A stretch of 64,000 nt of DNA from a virus (IMGVR_UViG_3300028048_001169:96001-160000), one strand, 5' to 3'; shown: positions 10,048 to 21,539, numbered from the stretch's first letter. Translations and numbers: made by a program. Notes: generated by a model from the sequence alone, not told the origin.

Positions 10048-10479
10048 ATGATTATGAATAAAATTGAGCAGGAATCATTTGAAGAGTATACAAGTATTGT
10101 AATAGATACTATGTATGAATCAGTTAATGATGATGAAGAGATTAGTTGTGAAGTGTTAGAAGATGATGAAATGAATGACGGTATAGGTAATATACCGTCA
10201 TTTGTCGGTAATGATGTTATTTTCGTAAAAGAACCTGTCAAAGTTCCATTAATGACAGTATTTAACGAGATAGAACTTACAAAAACATTTGTTAGTTTTG
10301 CTGTATCTTATCGACAGATATATGAAGCATATTTCAAAACAGGTACTGATCCAGATCAAGCTGCGTATTCAATCCTTGATGTGATGCGTAATAATGGTGA
10401 TATAAGAAATATCAATAATTTATATCTTGAGGGAATGAGTTTAGCATATTATCTTAAAAATCAAGCGTATAAAGAGTAA
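10048..10479 (+). CDS. Hypothetical acidic protein
   Basis: ORF directly after the recombinase. Confidence 0.65.
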   Translation: MIMNKIEQESFEEYTSIVIDTMYESVNDDEEISCEVLEDDEMNDGIGNIPSFVGNDVIFVKEPVKVPLMTVFNEIELTKTFVSFAVSYRQIYEAYFKTGTDPDQAAYSILDVMRNNGDIRNINNLYLEGMSLAYYLKNQAYKE

Positions 10480-10595
10480 AATTAAATATAATCATATATT
10501 ATAAATACGTAACCATAAAAGATTATATTTAATCAAGGAGGTAACTTAATGGCTTTATTATTACGCTACAGAAGCACATATGAAATTCATAAGAT

Positions 10596-11000
10596 ATGGG
10601 GGATATGAAGATGGTGACTGAGGAATATGAATTACTTGATGGTAGAACCATTAGAGTCAAGTATGATCGACTCGGAATGTGTAAGATTTCTGGAAAGAAT
10701 ATGGAAGCATTCGTTAAAGAATTCAATGCATCTTATCGACAGGCAAAAATTCTAGAAAAGATTAAAGAGAATTATGCCTTGATGAAGGCAGATGAACACA
10801 AGAAGGGATATTGGATAGTTGAAGATATAGAACCCGGAAGAATTTGGAAGTGTCATTGCTCTAATTGTGGAAAAGATCCACAAGAGTATATATCTGGCAC
10901 CGAAAATTGGTGGTTATCTAGTTTGCCAAAATATTGTCCTACTTGTGGAACGGAAATGAAGATGAAGACCGAAATAATAATGAGTTCAGAAGATGTATAA
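10596..11000 (+). CDS. Zn-ribbon protein
   Basis: GYW...CSNCG...YCPTCG, typical of small Clostridial phage proteins. Confidence 0.65.
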   Translation: MGDMKMVTEEYELLDGRTIRVKYDRLGMCKISGKNMEAFVKEFNASYRQAKILEKIKENYALMKADEHKKGYWIVEDIEPGRIWKCHCSNCGKDPQEYISGTENWWLSSLPKYCPTCGTEMKMKTEIIMSSEDV

Positions 11001-11032
11001 TAGTTAATGTATTATAAGAAAGGAAGGCTAAT

Positions 11033-11188
11033 ATGAAAGAAGGTACAATCACAGTAGAAATCTTTGAAGAGGATGGTGTTAATTATGCATTTATAGCAGA
11101 AGATAATTCTTCTGGAGCTAAGTATGCAGTAGACTCAAATGAAGATATTGCAGAGTCGTTAAAGAATTATTTGGATAATCAGAGGTAA
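11033..11188 (+). CDS. Small hypothetical protein (51 aa)
   Basis: AAGGAAGG RBS; MKEGTITVEIFEEDG...; below the ORF track cutoff. Confidence 0.6.
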   Translation: MKEGTITVEIFEEDGVNYAFIAEDNSSGAKYAVDSNEDIAESLKNYLDNQR

Positions 11189-11403
11189 TGAATATGATGA
11201 ATCATAAAGAAGAATTATTACAGGTTCTTGAGATCTTAAATCGATCAGCAGAATGTCATCAGGATTTAGATGAGATTCGTTTCACTGTTATTGGATCAAA
11301 GAAGCAGGAAGAAACTGAAATCTCTAAATTCAAATTCGGTGCTAAGACTGTACTTGAAGATTTTAAATATCTTGAAGATCTTGTAAGGAATGACATCAAA
11401 TAA
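11188..11403 (+). CDS. Hypothetical protein
   Basis: TAATG-coupled ORF. Confidence 0.6.
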   Translation: MNMMNHKEELLQVLEILNRSAECHQDLDEIRFTVIGSKKQEETEISKFKFGAKTVLEDFKYLEDLVRNDIK

Positions 11404-11423
11404 ATCAAAGGAGATTTATTACA

Positions 11424-13838
11424 ATGGCAGGTTACGATTTTATCGACAAAGTTGAAGACGCTAATAAACGTATTGGTGGGAAAATGGAGCATATGCTGGG
11501 TTCCGGTCTTATGCAGCCATTGAATAACTGTGAAGCTGGTGCCAGAAAGATTATGGCTTATTCTCATAAAACAGCTGTACTTCCATTATTACAAGGAGAG
11601 AAAGCTGTATGGGAAACTGGATATGAACAGGCATTCTCTATTCATAGTAGTTCTATTCGTACACCAGAACAGGGCTTTACGAATAATGATATTGATCCGA
11701 ATAGATTTCAGATGATATCTAATTTTACGAAGAATTATCATGAGCTGGTTATGCCAGAAGATCCAAATGTAGTTCCAGTATCTGATAATTATAGAGTAGC
11801 AGGAAAGGTATCAAAGTTCAGTTTTAGTCCTAATCATCATTACTATCTATTATTAGCAGATGAGCAGAATAAGATTTTAGATGTGGTGGAGAGAATCTCT
11901 TATCACGCTATTACTGAGTCTTATGGATATCTGTATAATAATACAACCATGGATAATCTTCAAGTTGGAGAGATGATTCCTAGAGGAACAATTCTTAGAA
12001 AATCATTAGCATTTGATGAGCATATGAATCGTACAGATGGAGTTAACTTCAATGTAGCGTACATGAGTTTGGATAAGAATATGGAAGATTCTATTATTTT
12101 CTCCGATGTTGCTGCGAAAAAGTTGACATCTCCACTGATTAAACCAGTAGAGATTATGATCAATGAGAATGATATTCCGTTGAATCTTTATGGTAATGAT
12201 AAGATATATAAAGCAATTCCTGATATTGGAGAAGATATTAAGGATAGTGTCTTAATCGGATTACGTAAAGAAAAGAGAGAAGAAAGCGTTTATACACAAT
12301 CAGCAGAACGTTTACGCCATACGATGATGTCTGATGTAAAATATACCTTGACGGGTAAAGTTATTGACATTGATATCATGTGTAATAACGTTGACTTCTT
12401 AAATACTAATTATTACAATTCTCAGTTCAAGATGTATTATGATGAATTGCAGAGAATGAGTTCTGAGTTAGTATCTCTCGTAACAAACTATGAAGTTAAT
12501 GGTTATAAGTTAACTTATGCTCTTCAAAAAGTATTTGCAAATGCTAAGAGAGTACTAAACAAAGATCAGTACATTGGTAAGAAGTTATTCTCAAATATTG
12601 TTCTTCAAGTTGTTGTATTAGAGGAGAGAGATATTCAGGTGGGAGATAAAACATCAAACCGTTATGGTGGTAAAGGTGTAATCTCTTCAATATTACCACA
12701 AGCATTGATGCCAAGATTTAATGGTAATGAGCATGTTGATGTTATTTTGAATTCAAATGGTGTATATGGACGAGAAAATCCAGGACAGTTATTTGAGTTA
12801 TCCGTAACACATATTGGTTGTGAGATTCTGAATCGAATCAAACGTGGTGAATATGCTAGTATGGATGAAGCATTCAAAGATATTATTACTTATATCAGTT
12901 TCATCAGTAAGGAACAAGCAAATAGTCTATCCACAATGCTATCGCATTTTAGCAATGAGGAGAAATCATTCTATTTGAATTCTATTCTTATGGATGGAGC
13001 AATTCATCTATCAGCAGAACCAATATCAGAAGCAATTGACATTGATACATTAGCTGAAATGTATAAAACATTCCCTTGGGTACATCAGGTTAATATTGAA
13101 GTTCCTATGAGAGATTCAAACGGAGATATTCGTTATGTACCTGCACGTAGACCAATTGTAGTAGGTAAACAGTTTACCTTCCGATTGAAACAGTATGCTG
13201 AAGAAAAATTCTCAGCTACATCTCTATCTGCTACAAATATTCGTAACGAAAATACAAAGTCAAAAGCAGCAAGAGATTATAGAGAATTATATTCCAATAC
13301 ACCAATTCGTTTTGGTAATATGGAAACCAATGATATGAACCATCTTGGTGCAGGTTATGTTATTACAAACCTTATGATTCATTCTATATCACCACATGCT
13401 CGTTTATTAACAGAGCAGATGTTTACAGAAGATCCATATCATATTGATATTCGATTAGACGATGAATCGACCAACCGCTCTGCAGAAATTGCGAATACAT
13501 ATCTTAAGACCATTGGTCGTAGACTTATCTTTACAAAACGTAAGAAAGTTCGTTATAAGATTCTTCAGAATCCAATGTATAGTGTAAAACCTCTTCATAC
13601 GGTTCCACTATATAAAGTTTCTGATCCTAACTTTGATTTTGATAAAGATTGGGAAGAGAGACAAGAGTTGGAAAAGAAGAAAGCAAAAGATAAGAATATT
13701 AAGCCTGTATTCTCTAAGTATGCAGCTATTGATACTGAAAGACGTATTCAACAGTTCAATGATGAAGTTGATCAAAGATATCGCGATCATCTGAAAGCAA
13801 TGAAGAAAGAAGAACGTAAGAAGTATTACAATAAATAA
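11424..13838 (+). CDS. Phage multisubunit RNA polymerase beta subunit, C-terminal half (probably non-virion RNAP)
   Basis: GVNFNVAYM, NMEDSII, VGDKTSNRYGGKGVIS, DVILNSNGVYGRENPGQLFE, IRFGNME. Confidence 0.92.
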   Translation: MAGYDFIDKVEDANKRIGGKMEHMLGSGLMQPLNNCEAGARKIMAYSHKTAVLPLLQGEKAVWETGYEQAFSIHSSSIRTPEQGFTNNDIDPNRFQMISNFTKNYHELVMPEDPNVVPVSDNYRVAGKVSKFSFSPNHHYYLLLADEQNKILDVVERISYHAITESYGYLYNNTTMDNLQVGEMIPRGTILRKSLAFDEHMNRTDGVNFNVAYMSLDKNMEDSIIFSDVAAKKLTSPLIKPVEIMINENDIPLNLYGNDKIYKAIPDIGEDIKDSVLIGLRKEKREESVYTQSAERLRHTMMSDVKYTLTGKVIDIDIMCNNVDFLNTNYYNSQFKMYYDELQRMSSELVSLVTNYEVNGYKLTYALQKVFANAKRVLNKDQYIGKKLFSNIVLQVVVLEERDIQVGDKTSNRYGGKGVISSILPQALMPRFNGNEHVDVILNSNGVYGRENPGQLFELSVTHIGCEILNRIKRGEYASMDEAFKDIITYISFISKEQANSLSTMLSHFSNEEKSFYLNSILMDGAIHLSAEPISEAIDIDTLAEMYKTFPWVHQVNIEVPMRDSNGDIRYVPARRPIVVGKQFTFRLKQYAEEKFSATSLSATNIRNENTKSKAARDYRELYSNTPIRFGNMETNDMNHLGAGYVITNLMIHSISPHARLLTEQMFTEDPYHIDIRLDDESTNRSAEIANTYLKTIGRRLIFTKRKKVRYKILQNPMYSVKPLHTVPLYKVSDPNFDFDKDWEERQELEKKKAKDKNIKPVFSKYAAIDTERRIQQFNDEVDQRYRDHLKAMKKEERKKYYNK

Positions 13839-14010
13839 TTATATGAGGAGATGTCTTTGGATGTCTCCTTAAAATTATTTATAGTCATATATTATAAATA
13901 GGTATAGACAATACCATTAAGTATTGATTTATATAAAAATAATATAGATAAGGAGGTTATAATAACACGTAGTCCATTAATCAACCAAAGTAGTAGAGGA
14001 GTTTTTTAGA

Positions 14011-14289
14011 ATGTCGGCAACAAATTATAATGCTAAGGGTATTGAAGTTAAAGAAGCATTTGTACAGATGAATAACCACGTTAGTACATCTGCTCCTACA
14101 CAGTTCTTTGAAGTAACAAACGAGAATCGTAGAGCTGAAATTACCTTTGCACCTAGTAAAGATTTTTGGTTTGATATTTCTAAGGATGAAGATTGTAATA
14201 TCGACATCTATCTTCATGTAAACCCTAAGCATCTCATAGCTGCAGTACCACAAGTTCTCAGTGCAGCTAAGAGAGTTGTAACTATGTAA
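14011..14289 (+). CDS. Hypothetical protein
   Basis: GAGGAG RBS; downstream of the early motif at 13885. Confidence 0.65.
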   Translation: MSATNYNAKGIEVKEAFVQMNNHVSTSAPTQFFEVTNENRRAEITFAPSKDFWFDISKDEDCNIDIYLHVNPKHLIAAVPQVLSAAKRVVTM

Positions 14290-14319
14290 GAGAGGAGTTG
14301 TAAAGAAAGATCAAGCTAT

Positions 14320-16686
14320 ATGAGTGATAGTAAAGCATTTGATCAACATTCACGTGATGTTGATGATTTGAATTATTTTCAGATGATCTTTAACGAATTA
14401 CTTAAGTCTAATATATCTGTAATTACATTAGAAGCTGCCCAGCGTCTTTCTGACAGAGCAGTATATTATGAGTCATTACAAACACATGATGAAACTCAAG
14501 TGGCTGCTATGAAAACATTATTGATGATTTGTAATGTGTTATATGGTAGAACTGATATGTTAGTATTACCAGTGGATGATGGAGTATATGATCTATTGTT
14601 AGAATCATATAAAAAGTATGATCCTCATTTCCAAGTAGGATCAGCAGTTGTTCAATTTCGTTCTCAAGCAGAACAACTGAATCCAAAGATTAAAGAGATA
14701 ACTTGTCCTTTAGTAAAGCTTCCTGAAGTAGAACGTGATGAGATGAGACAGGCTGTATTTCATCGATTATCTAGTTTTGATCAGCATAAGTTTACAAGTT
14801 TGGACTTTCATGAGGTTCCGCCTACAGAGCCTGTGTATATCTCTAAGCGTGAGCATAATACAAAGCATCATCATCCAGAACTAGTAGGAACATTAGACAA
14901 GTGTAAATTTGTTACAGATCAAGAAGCCATTGGATTTGGTTCTTATAATGATTCTAATGTAAAGATATTGGAACGAGATTTTTTCCAAAAACATATAGCT
15001 GCTGGAATTATAACACCAGATCAAGATCTAGAAATGATTCTAGAGCTTAAATATGATGGTGTTAGTGTAGAAGCAGATTGTGGATTTGAAGTAGAATCAG
15101 CAAGGTCTAGGGGTGACACTGGTATCGGTGAAGCTTCTGATATGACACCAATATTAAAAGGATATAGATTTCCTTATAATACAGTAATCAAAGATCCAAT
15201 CGGTATTAAGTTTGAAGCAATCATGACAAAGAGTGCTCTTGAAGAATTCAATAGACGTAGACAAACTACATATGCAAATTGTAGAACTGCTATTGTTGGA
15301 TTATTTGGAGCTAGTGATGCTTACTTATACAGAGATCTCATTACATTGGTTCCATTGGCTGTTGATAGGAATCAAGTACCAGAGATTAAGAATCGTATGG
15401 AAGAAATAGAATTCTGTAATAAATTATTCCGTACGCACGGTGAACCATTAAGATCTATGTATATTCATGGCACCGTAAATCAATTATTATACCAGATTAA
15501 GAAGTTTGCAGATGAAGCGTATGCCTTCAGAGATTATGCAGATTTTATGTTTGATGGCATTGTTGTATCCTATTTAGATGAAGGAATCCGTCATAGATTG
15601 GGTAGAGAGAATTATATCAATAAATTCTCTATGGCTGTAAAATTCAATCCATTGGCAAAGATGACCAGATTCGTAGGATATAGCTATGAAGTAGGACAAG
15701 ATGGTAGAGTTTGTCCTATGATTCATTATCTACCAGTCGAATTCTTTGGAACCAATCACAATAAATCAACAGGTAGTAGTTTATCTAGATTTAAAGCATT
15801 GAATCTTAAAGTTGGTGATATTATCAAAGTCACTTATGTGAATGATGTAATGCCATATGTCAATGCAGTTGATTGTAAAGAGAATCGAGACAATCCAAAT
15901 CCAGTAGAACAATTCCCAACACATTGTCCTGTATGTGGTTCAGAATTGGTAGTATCTCCTACTGGAAAAACAGCATATTGTCCTAATTTAAACTGTGATG
16001 CGAAAGTATTAAGCAGAATGGTTAATATGCTACAAAAGATGAATATCAAAGGATTTGCAGAATCCACGATCAATAGTTTAGAAGTAAAGACTTTCTATGA
16101 CTTAATGCAATTGACATATGATAACGTTGCTCCTATCATTGGTCCAGGCAATGCATCCAATCTTATGGAAGGATTGAATCAAATTCGTAACGGAGGATTA
16201 TTTGATTATATCTTATTAGGATCTTTAGGATTCACAGGTGTTGCATCTAATACTTGGAAACTGATCTTTAGTAATATAAGATTAAATGACTTCGTTGCAA
16301 TGATTCATAATTATCCAAAAGAATTACGTACAAAGTTAATCGGTATTCATGGAATTGGCTCTAAGGCTGTGGAAACAATTATGAATGAATACCCATATTA
16401 TGCTAGAGATATTGATTATATCATAGCATATTGTAAATATCGCGATACTCTCGACGGCAGATCATTACAGATTAGATTCAGTGGTTGTAGGAATTTACAA
16501 TTATCAGAACAATTGATTAATCTTGGATATGATGCTCAGAGTAACGCAGGTGTAAGTAAGAAAACCGATATACTCATAGTTCCGTATAAAGGTTACAATA
16601 GCAAAAAAGTATCCAAGGTTTCGGATCACTGTAAAATAGTTGCAATTGATGACTTTATGTCTGACATGCAAAAATATTTGCAGTAA
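14320..16686 (+). CDS. ligA: NAD-dependent DNA ligase
   Basis: DDGVYD, ELKYDG adenylation motif, SRGD, DGIVV, AVKF, C4 Zn finger CPVC...CPNLNC, HhH motifs, C-terminal BRCT. Confidence 0.93.
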   Translation: MSDSKAFDQHSRDVDDLNYFQMIFNELLKSNISVITLEAAQRLSDRAVYYESLQTHDETQVAAMKTLLMICNVLYGRTDMLVLPVDDGVYDLLLESYKKYDPHFQVGSAVVQFRSQAEQLNPKIKEITCPLVKLPEVERDEMRQAVFHRLSSFDQHKFTSLDFHEVPPTEPVYISKREHNTKHHHPELVGTLDKCKFVTDQEAIGFGSYNDSNVKILERDFFQKHIAAGIITPDQDLEMILELKYDGVSVEADCGFEVESARSRGDTGIGEASDMTPILKGYRFPYNTVIKDPIGIKFEAIMTKSALEEFNRRRQTTYANCRTAIVGLFGASDAYLYRDLITLVPLAVDRNQVPEIKNRMEEIEFCNKLFRTHGEPLRSMYIHGTVNQLLYQIKKFADEAYAFRDYADFMFDGIVVSYLDEGIRHRLGRENYINKFSMAVKFNPLAKMTRFVGYSYEVGQDGRVCPMIHYLPVEFFGTNHNKSTGSSLSRFKALNLKVGDIIKVTYVNDVMPYVNAVDCKENRDNPNPVEQFPTHCPVCGSELVVSPTGKTAYCPNLNCDAKVLSRMVNMLQKMNIKGFAESTINSLEVKTFYDLMQLTYDNVAPIIGPGNASNLMEGLNQIRNGGLFDYILLGSLGFTGVASNTWKLIFSNIRLNDFVAMIHNYPKELRTKLIGIHGIGSKAVETIMNEYPYYARDIDYIIAYCKYRDTLDGRSLQIRFSGCRNLQLSEQLINLGYDAQSNAGVSKKTDILIVPYKGYNSKKVSKVSDHCKIVAIDDFMSDMQKYLQ

Positions 16687-16741
16687 TATATTATAAATAT
16701 AGATCCTAGAAACTTTATTAACTATCAAGGAGGAAATAACA

Positions 16742-17344
16742 ATGTTAAAGTTAATGGAAACCCAGATCCCAACCAGTTTCAGCAAGGCACTCTACAATGA
16801 CAAGGGATATGATCTTCACAGAGATCAGACTAATGTTGTTGCTGACATCTTATTTACAGGTGTAGCAGAATGTCTGGGTGATATTAAGACAAGAGAGACT
16901 CCAGTTGCATTTGTATTCCAGGAGAATAATCTTGACTTTATTGCTGGTGCACTGATCCAGTATATGCCTAATGAGGACGATCCTACACTTCCTGGTTCTT
17001 GGAGCTATACTTGGACTTGGAATAAGGATGATATTCCAGAGGATGCTGTTATTCGTACAACAAATGACGTAGGTCTCAGCAGCTATTTCCGTGGTGTATC
17101 TCAGTCTAAGTATGGTATGGCTTTTGAGAATTCTGCTGCTGTAACCGAAGTACTGAGATCATTCATGCTTACTGTACGTCAGTGGTTAGATGAGAATGCA
17201 TCTGAGACTGAAGAAGTTGGTGTTGAGGCTGAAGGTGTATTCCAGGCTTCTGTTGTTGTTGAGAATGGCGAGAAGATCTTTGCCCTGATTCCAGAGGGAG
17301 AGATCAAGAAGCTGATCAAGGATGATGCTGCTATTGAGAAGTAA
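16742..17344 (+). CDS. Conserved-looking acidic hypothetical protein
   Basis: AAGGAGG RBS, early motif at 16684, downstream terminator; biased codon usage suggests high expression. Confidence 0.75.
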   Translation: MLKLMETQIPTSFSKALYNDKGYDLHRDQTNVVADILFTGVAECLGDIKTRETPVAFVFQENNLDFIAGALIQYMPNEDDPTLPGSWSYTWTWNKDDIPEDAVIRTTNDVGLSSYFRGVSQSKYGMAFENSAAVTEVLRSFMLTVRQWLDENASETEEVGVEAEGVFQASVVVENGEKIFALIPEGEIKKLIKDDAAIEK

Positions 17345-17418
17345 TTCTCAATACAGCTGTTAACTTAATAATCGATAGGGAGGTTCTTCGGAACCTCTCT
17401 ATTTTTTCCAAAAGGAAG

Positions 17419-18102
17419 ATGATTATGGATTTTAAGAGAGCAACCCTTGAGGGAAAAATGGTTGACGTTGTTAGTGTAGATGAACTACAGAAGAATCGAG
17501 ATATTTATGAAACTGGTAATGTTGGAATCGAGATACAGAAACATACAGGAGAAGAATATGTTCTGCCTTATAGACCAGATAATGTTACCTGTAATCGACC
17601 AGGAGTTTATAATATCAAGGATACTAACAATGACGTCGTAGGTAATATTATTGTCTATCCAGATGATGATGTAGCTGAAGATTACAAACCAGAAGTAGTA
17701 GATCTTACAAGTGCATCATCTATGGAAGAATATATTGAAAAACAAGGACGTCTAAAGTCTTTGGAAAATGAAATTCTGACAACTCCAGATAATATCATTC
17801 ATCCACATATTGGTCCTGAAGATACAGCTTTAATGAGAGCTCTAAAAACAGCGATCATTGAGAAGCATATTGATATTGATAAATATCAAGATGGATACGG
17901 AGATAACTTTCCAAACGATAAGAGAAAGTTAAAAGATAGTGATATATCTATCAGGTTGGCAGAACGTCACTTTAAAGTATTAGGGATTAAAGCAGAGATT
18001 GTGTTATCTGATGCATCTCCTGATACACCAAATCCTATTGGAAAAGAGATTAAGATACCTATTACGTATGGTGATAATGAGGAGACTGACATAAATGAAT
18101 AG
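17419..18102 (+). CDS. Hypothetical protein
   Basis: 227-aa ORF overlapping the start of the RNAP beta-N gene. Confidence 0.75.
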   Translation: MIMDFKRATLEGKMVDVVSVDELQKNRDIYETGNVGIEIQKHTGEEYVLPYRPDNVTCNRPGVYNIKDTNNDVVGNIIVYPDDDVAEDYKPEVVDLTSASSMEEYIEKQGRLKSLENEILTTPDNIIHPHIGPEDTALMRALKTAIIEKHIDIDKYQDGYGDNFPNDKRKLKDSDISIRLAERHFKVLGIKAEIVLSDASPDTPNPIGKEIKIPITYGDNEETDINE

Positions 18103-20014
18103 AATAACTCAAAGTCAATTCATGCACACGTTTAACGTAGAACACAGAGAAGCGTTTAATCCAATCTATTTCGAGCGTTCAAATAAAGATATTATGGATG
18201 CTATGAAAAAGATTATTATGTCTTGTGAACGAGATAAATATTTTACTCTGAAGGTTATCTCCCTCAGAGAAATATATGATTATGAAGAAATTTATAACAG
18301 TCTCAGAGATTATCAAGAAGAACGTAAAAAGAGGAACAGTAAAGTTCCTAATTCATATGACTATATTGATATTCGTGATTCTGATATCATGCTCCTAGAA
18401 GTTATCTATTTTGTTCGTCATAATGGTACAGAGAAGCAAGATGTGTATGAGACGCTTCCTGATGGAACGAAGAAAAAGAAAGCTAGCTCTGTAGATGTAA
18501 GAGACCCTTATCAGAAATTAAAGGTTTACATTGCATTACCAAGATTTGTTAATAAGTACTACTTTAGAATGAATGGAAATTACTACTCAACAATTTTCCA
18601 GATCGTTGATGGTAGTACTTATAATAATTCAACCACAAACAATGGTCCTAACAAGAAAGCAGATTGTATTACTTTCAAATCATTGTTCATGGCTACCAGA
18701 GTATATAGAAAGTACAAAGATATAGTAGACATTTGTAGTGGTACAACTATTCGTGCTACTATTTATGGGTCTAAAATCTTTAGTACATTTATTGACTGTA
18801 TGCTATATATTCTAGCAAATTATGGCATGATTGGAGCATTTGATTTTTTAGATATTAATTGTGTATCAGTAGGAAGCGAACCTATTGTAAGCGATGAATA
18901 TTTTAATTTCTCAAGCCATAATGTCATAATTAGTGTACCAAAGCATTGTTTCCAAGATCCTATGGTACAAAGCTTAGTGGTAACCATTTATAATGCTATC
19001 TCTAAAGATACAAAAGTCAATGACTTATACAATATCCGATTCTGGATTCGTGCTTTAGGATATGCTTATAAAGGTGGTAATACATTAGACAAAGGTCTCT
19101 TTGTTCTAGACTCTGTTGATGGTATTTATGATATCAATACAAGAGATGAACTACATTTACCAGATGATAAGAAACGTAATATTTATGATATCTTACGCTG
19201 GATTATGAGAGAGTTTAAATATCTTAAAGATAAAGATAATGTTGATGTGACATTAAAACGTATTCGAATTGCTGAATACATTGCTCATATCTACGCGACA
19301 AAGATATCAAAAGGTATTCGTAGAATATCTGATGCTGGTAAACGAGTAACACTGAATAGTGTTGTTCGAGCTATTCGTACCGATCCAATGTATATCATTA
19401 AGAATATCATTAATATGTCTAACTTAGTATCATATGTAGACCTGGTTAATGATAATGATGCTTTATTGGCACTTAAATATACCTATAAAGGTATTTCTGG
19501 TTTAGGAGAGGATGGAACTTCTATTCAAAGAAGCTATCGGTATGTAGATGCTTCACATGCTGGTATATTGGATTTAGATGCATCTGGTGCATCAGATCCT
19601 GGAATGACAGGATTAATTTGTCCAATGACTCCTATGTATAATGGAAGTTTTACCAATTTCAAAGAACCAGATTTTTGGGAAAAAGATTACAAACATTTTC
19701 AAACAGAATGGGAAGAGAAACAGCCAAAGGGAAAACCTGTATTTAAGATTGTTAATCAGGAACTCTATGACAAACAAATGGCTAATGTAGTTCAAGATTA
19801 TCATGATCTTAGACAAGAAGTGATCGATACTTCGTTAGTTATTGATCGAGCTATCTGCCCATTCTATAATATTCATGATCCGTCCATAGATTATTCTACC
19901 GTCGGTTCACTATTAGATAATAGTAACAATGAAATAGAAGCTCCAAAAGCATCATTGTTCACTTATAATGTAACCGAAGAAGATGATGGAGGATTAGACG
20001 ATTATGATGAATGA
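18095..20014 (+). CDS. Phage multisubunit RNA polymerase beta subunit, N-terminal half
   Basis: IALP...YFRMNGNYY..IFQIVD; GISGLG; RYVDASHAGILDLDASGASDPGMTG (cf. [23 protein letters not shown]). Confidence 0.8.
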   Translation: MNRITQSQFMHTFNVEHREAFNPIYFERSNKDIMDAMKKIIMSCERDKYFTLKVISLREIYDYEEIYNSLRDYQEERKKRNSKVPNSYDYIDIRDSDIMLLEVIYFVRHNGTEKQDVYETLPDGTKKKKASSVDVRDPYQKLKVYIALPRFVNKYYFRMNGNYYSTIFQIVDGSTYNNSTTNNGPNKKADCITFKSLFMATRVYRKYKDIVDICSGTTIRATIYGSKIFSTFIDCMLYILANYGMIGAFDFLDINCVSVGSEPIVSDEYFNFSSHNVIISVPKHCFQDPMVQSLVVTIYNAISKDTKVNDLYNIRFWIRALGYAYKGGNTLDKGLFVLDSVDGIYDINTRDELHLPDDKKRNIYDILRWIMREFKYLKDKDNVDVTLKRIRIAEYIAHIYATKISKGIRRISDAGKRVTLNSVVRAIRTDPMYIIKNIINMSNLVSYVDLVNDNDALLALKYTYKGISGLGEDGTSIQRSYRYVDASHAGILDLDASGASDPGMTGLICPMTPMYNGSFTNFKEPDFWEKDYKHFQTEWEEKQPKGKPVFKIVNQELYDKQMANVVQDYHDLRQEVIDTSLVIDRAICPFYNIHDPSIDYSTVGSLLDNSNNEIEAPKASLFTYNVTEEDDGGLDDYDE

Positions 20015-20255
20015 TGTAGTATTTGTATACTCGGAATTACAAATTAAAGAACGTAACGAAATATTGAATAAACAAGGCAAAAGATTTGTATGTGGAAAGC
20101 TCTATACTGGAGCTGGTAATAAACCATTCTCTAGAATTATCAAAGAGAAAGATTTAGATGCTATGAAATCACAATATCCAGATATGAAGATTATTGGTCA
20201 AGGTAACAAATCCAATTTTCGTTATGTAAACGTGTCATCAGAATTAAATATTTAA
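20004..20255 (+). CDS. Hypothetical protein
   Basis: Overlapping ORF followed by a terminator. Confidence 0.65.
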   Translation: MMNDVVFVYSELQIKERNEILNKQGKRFVCGKLYTGAGNKPFSRIIKEKDLDAMKSQYPDMKIIGQGNKSNFRYVNVSSELNI

Positions 20256-20310
20256 GATATAATAGAGGTAGATATAATCTACCTCTATTTTTCTTTATAA
20301 GGAGTTATTT

Positions 20311-21012
20311 ATGTTTAATATAACAGCAGAAGAGCTTGTTGATTTATACAATGATATTGTTATTGTCAACGAAGCAGCAAAAGGTGAATATACTTCATTG
20401 GAAATTCAGAATGCGGAACGTAGAAGAAGGATTCATGTAGATGAATTAACATCTTCTGAGATTGAAGCTATTGATAAGCAAATTAATGCTAAATCTTTAC
20501 GATCTCCATATTATATATCTGATTACCATAATTATACAGAGCTTCATATTTATTGTGATCCTGAAAATCATATTGATGCAACCGATGATAAAATGTGGTA
20601 TGTTAGAATGGAGCCATCGTTTAAAGGCCTAAATCGCATTTTATCAATCGTTGCGGATTATGATACATTTACATTTAATTTGCCAAATAGTGACGAATCA
20701 ATAGAAATAATTAAAGATGAATTTAGTTATTTCTTTTCACGGATTCAAAGTCTATATGTAACTACAGGTATAATGTCATTAGTAGGAACAGATGGAAAGA
20801 GAAATCCAACACCATTTGATTTACTTAGAGATTTATTTTTATACTCTAATCTAGGTCCTGCTTATAAGATTGAAAATGCCTTAATAGATAAGGCTGTAAA
20901 AGATCTATATGAGCTAATAATCAAAGCTCCAAATGCAGTACCTGTAATTAAAGATCCAGAGGCAGCTGCATCTATTATTACAAATGCAATGGGATATTTT
21001 CAAATATTGTAG
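20311..21012 (+). CDS. Hypothetical protein
   Basis: AAGGAG RBS; 233 aa. Confidence 0.7.
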   Translation: MFNITAEELVDLYNDIVIVNEAAKGEYTSLEIQNAERRRRIHVDELTSSEIEAIDKQINAKSLRSPYYISDYHNYTELHIYCDPENHIDATDDKMWYVRMEPSFKGLNRILSIVADYDTFTFNLPNSDESIEIIKDEFSYFFSRIQSLYVTTGIMSLVGTDGKRNPTPFDLLRDLFLYSNLGPAYKIENALIDKAVKDLYELIIKAPNAVPVIKDPEAAASIITNAMGYFQIL

Positions 21013-21294
21013 GTGATGAATATGCGATATGCTATGTATCATGAAGACTACAGGATATGTAATCATTGTGGTCAAAAAGCAGTTACTGCGATTGATAAGT
21101 TTTTAAGACCTACTGATGTCTTGATTTATCCAATCGTAAAGTTTCATTGTAATGCTTGTAATACAGATTTCTTTCCTAAATGGGTAAAGAATCAAGCTGG
21201 AGAAATGATTCCAGTATGTACAGGTGATTATGTGAAGGAAGAAACCGCTGAAAGTATTATTAAATTCTCTGAAGAAAATGTAAGAGAGTTCTAA
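21013..21294 (+). CDS. Zn-ribbon protein
   Basis: CNHC...CNAC. Confidence 0.65.
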   Translation: MMNMRYAMYHEDYRICNHCGQKAVTAIDKFLRPTDVLIYPIVKFHCNACNTDFFPKWVKNQAGEMIPVCTGDYVKEETAESIIKFSEENVREF

Positions 21295-21394
21295 CAAAAT
21301 TCAGTCTATTAGCCTTTTATTGGGCTAATAGGCTTTTACAATAGAAATTTATATACATTCCAACTTATTAATGAGAAATCGAAAGGAGCCTATT

Positions 21395-21517
21395 ATGAAG
21401 AAACAGACTAAACCAGTAAAAGTAAAAGATGTATTAATTGTCAAAGAGATCGTACCAGAGAAAGCTGTTGCTGTAACTGCAAAGTTACGCAAGAAGTCAG
21501 CATTATTTGTAGCATAA
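21395..21517 (+). CDS. Small basic protein (40 aa)
   Basis: AAAGGAG RBS; MKKQTKPVKVKDVL...; late-type motif AACT-N6-TG at ~21362. Confidence 0.5.
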   Translation: MKKQTKPVKVKDVLIVKEIVPEKAVAVTAKLRKKSALFVA

Positions 21518-21539
21518 TATAAAGAGGGAGTTATACACC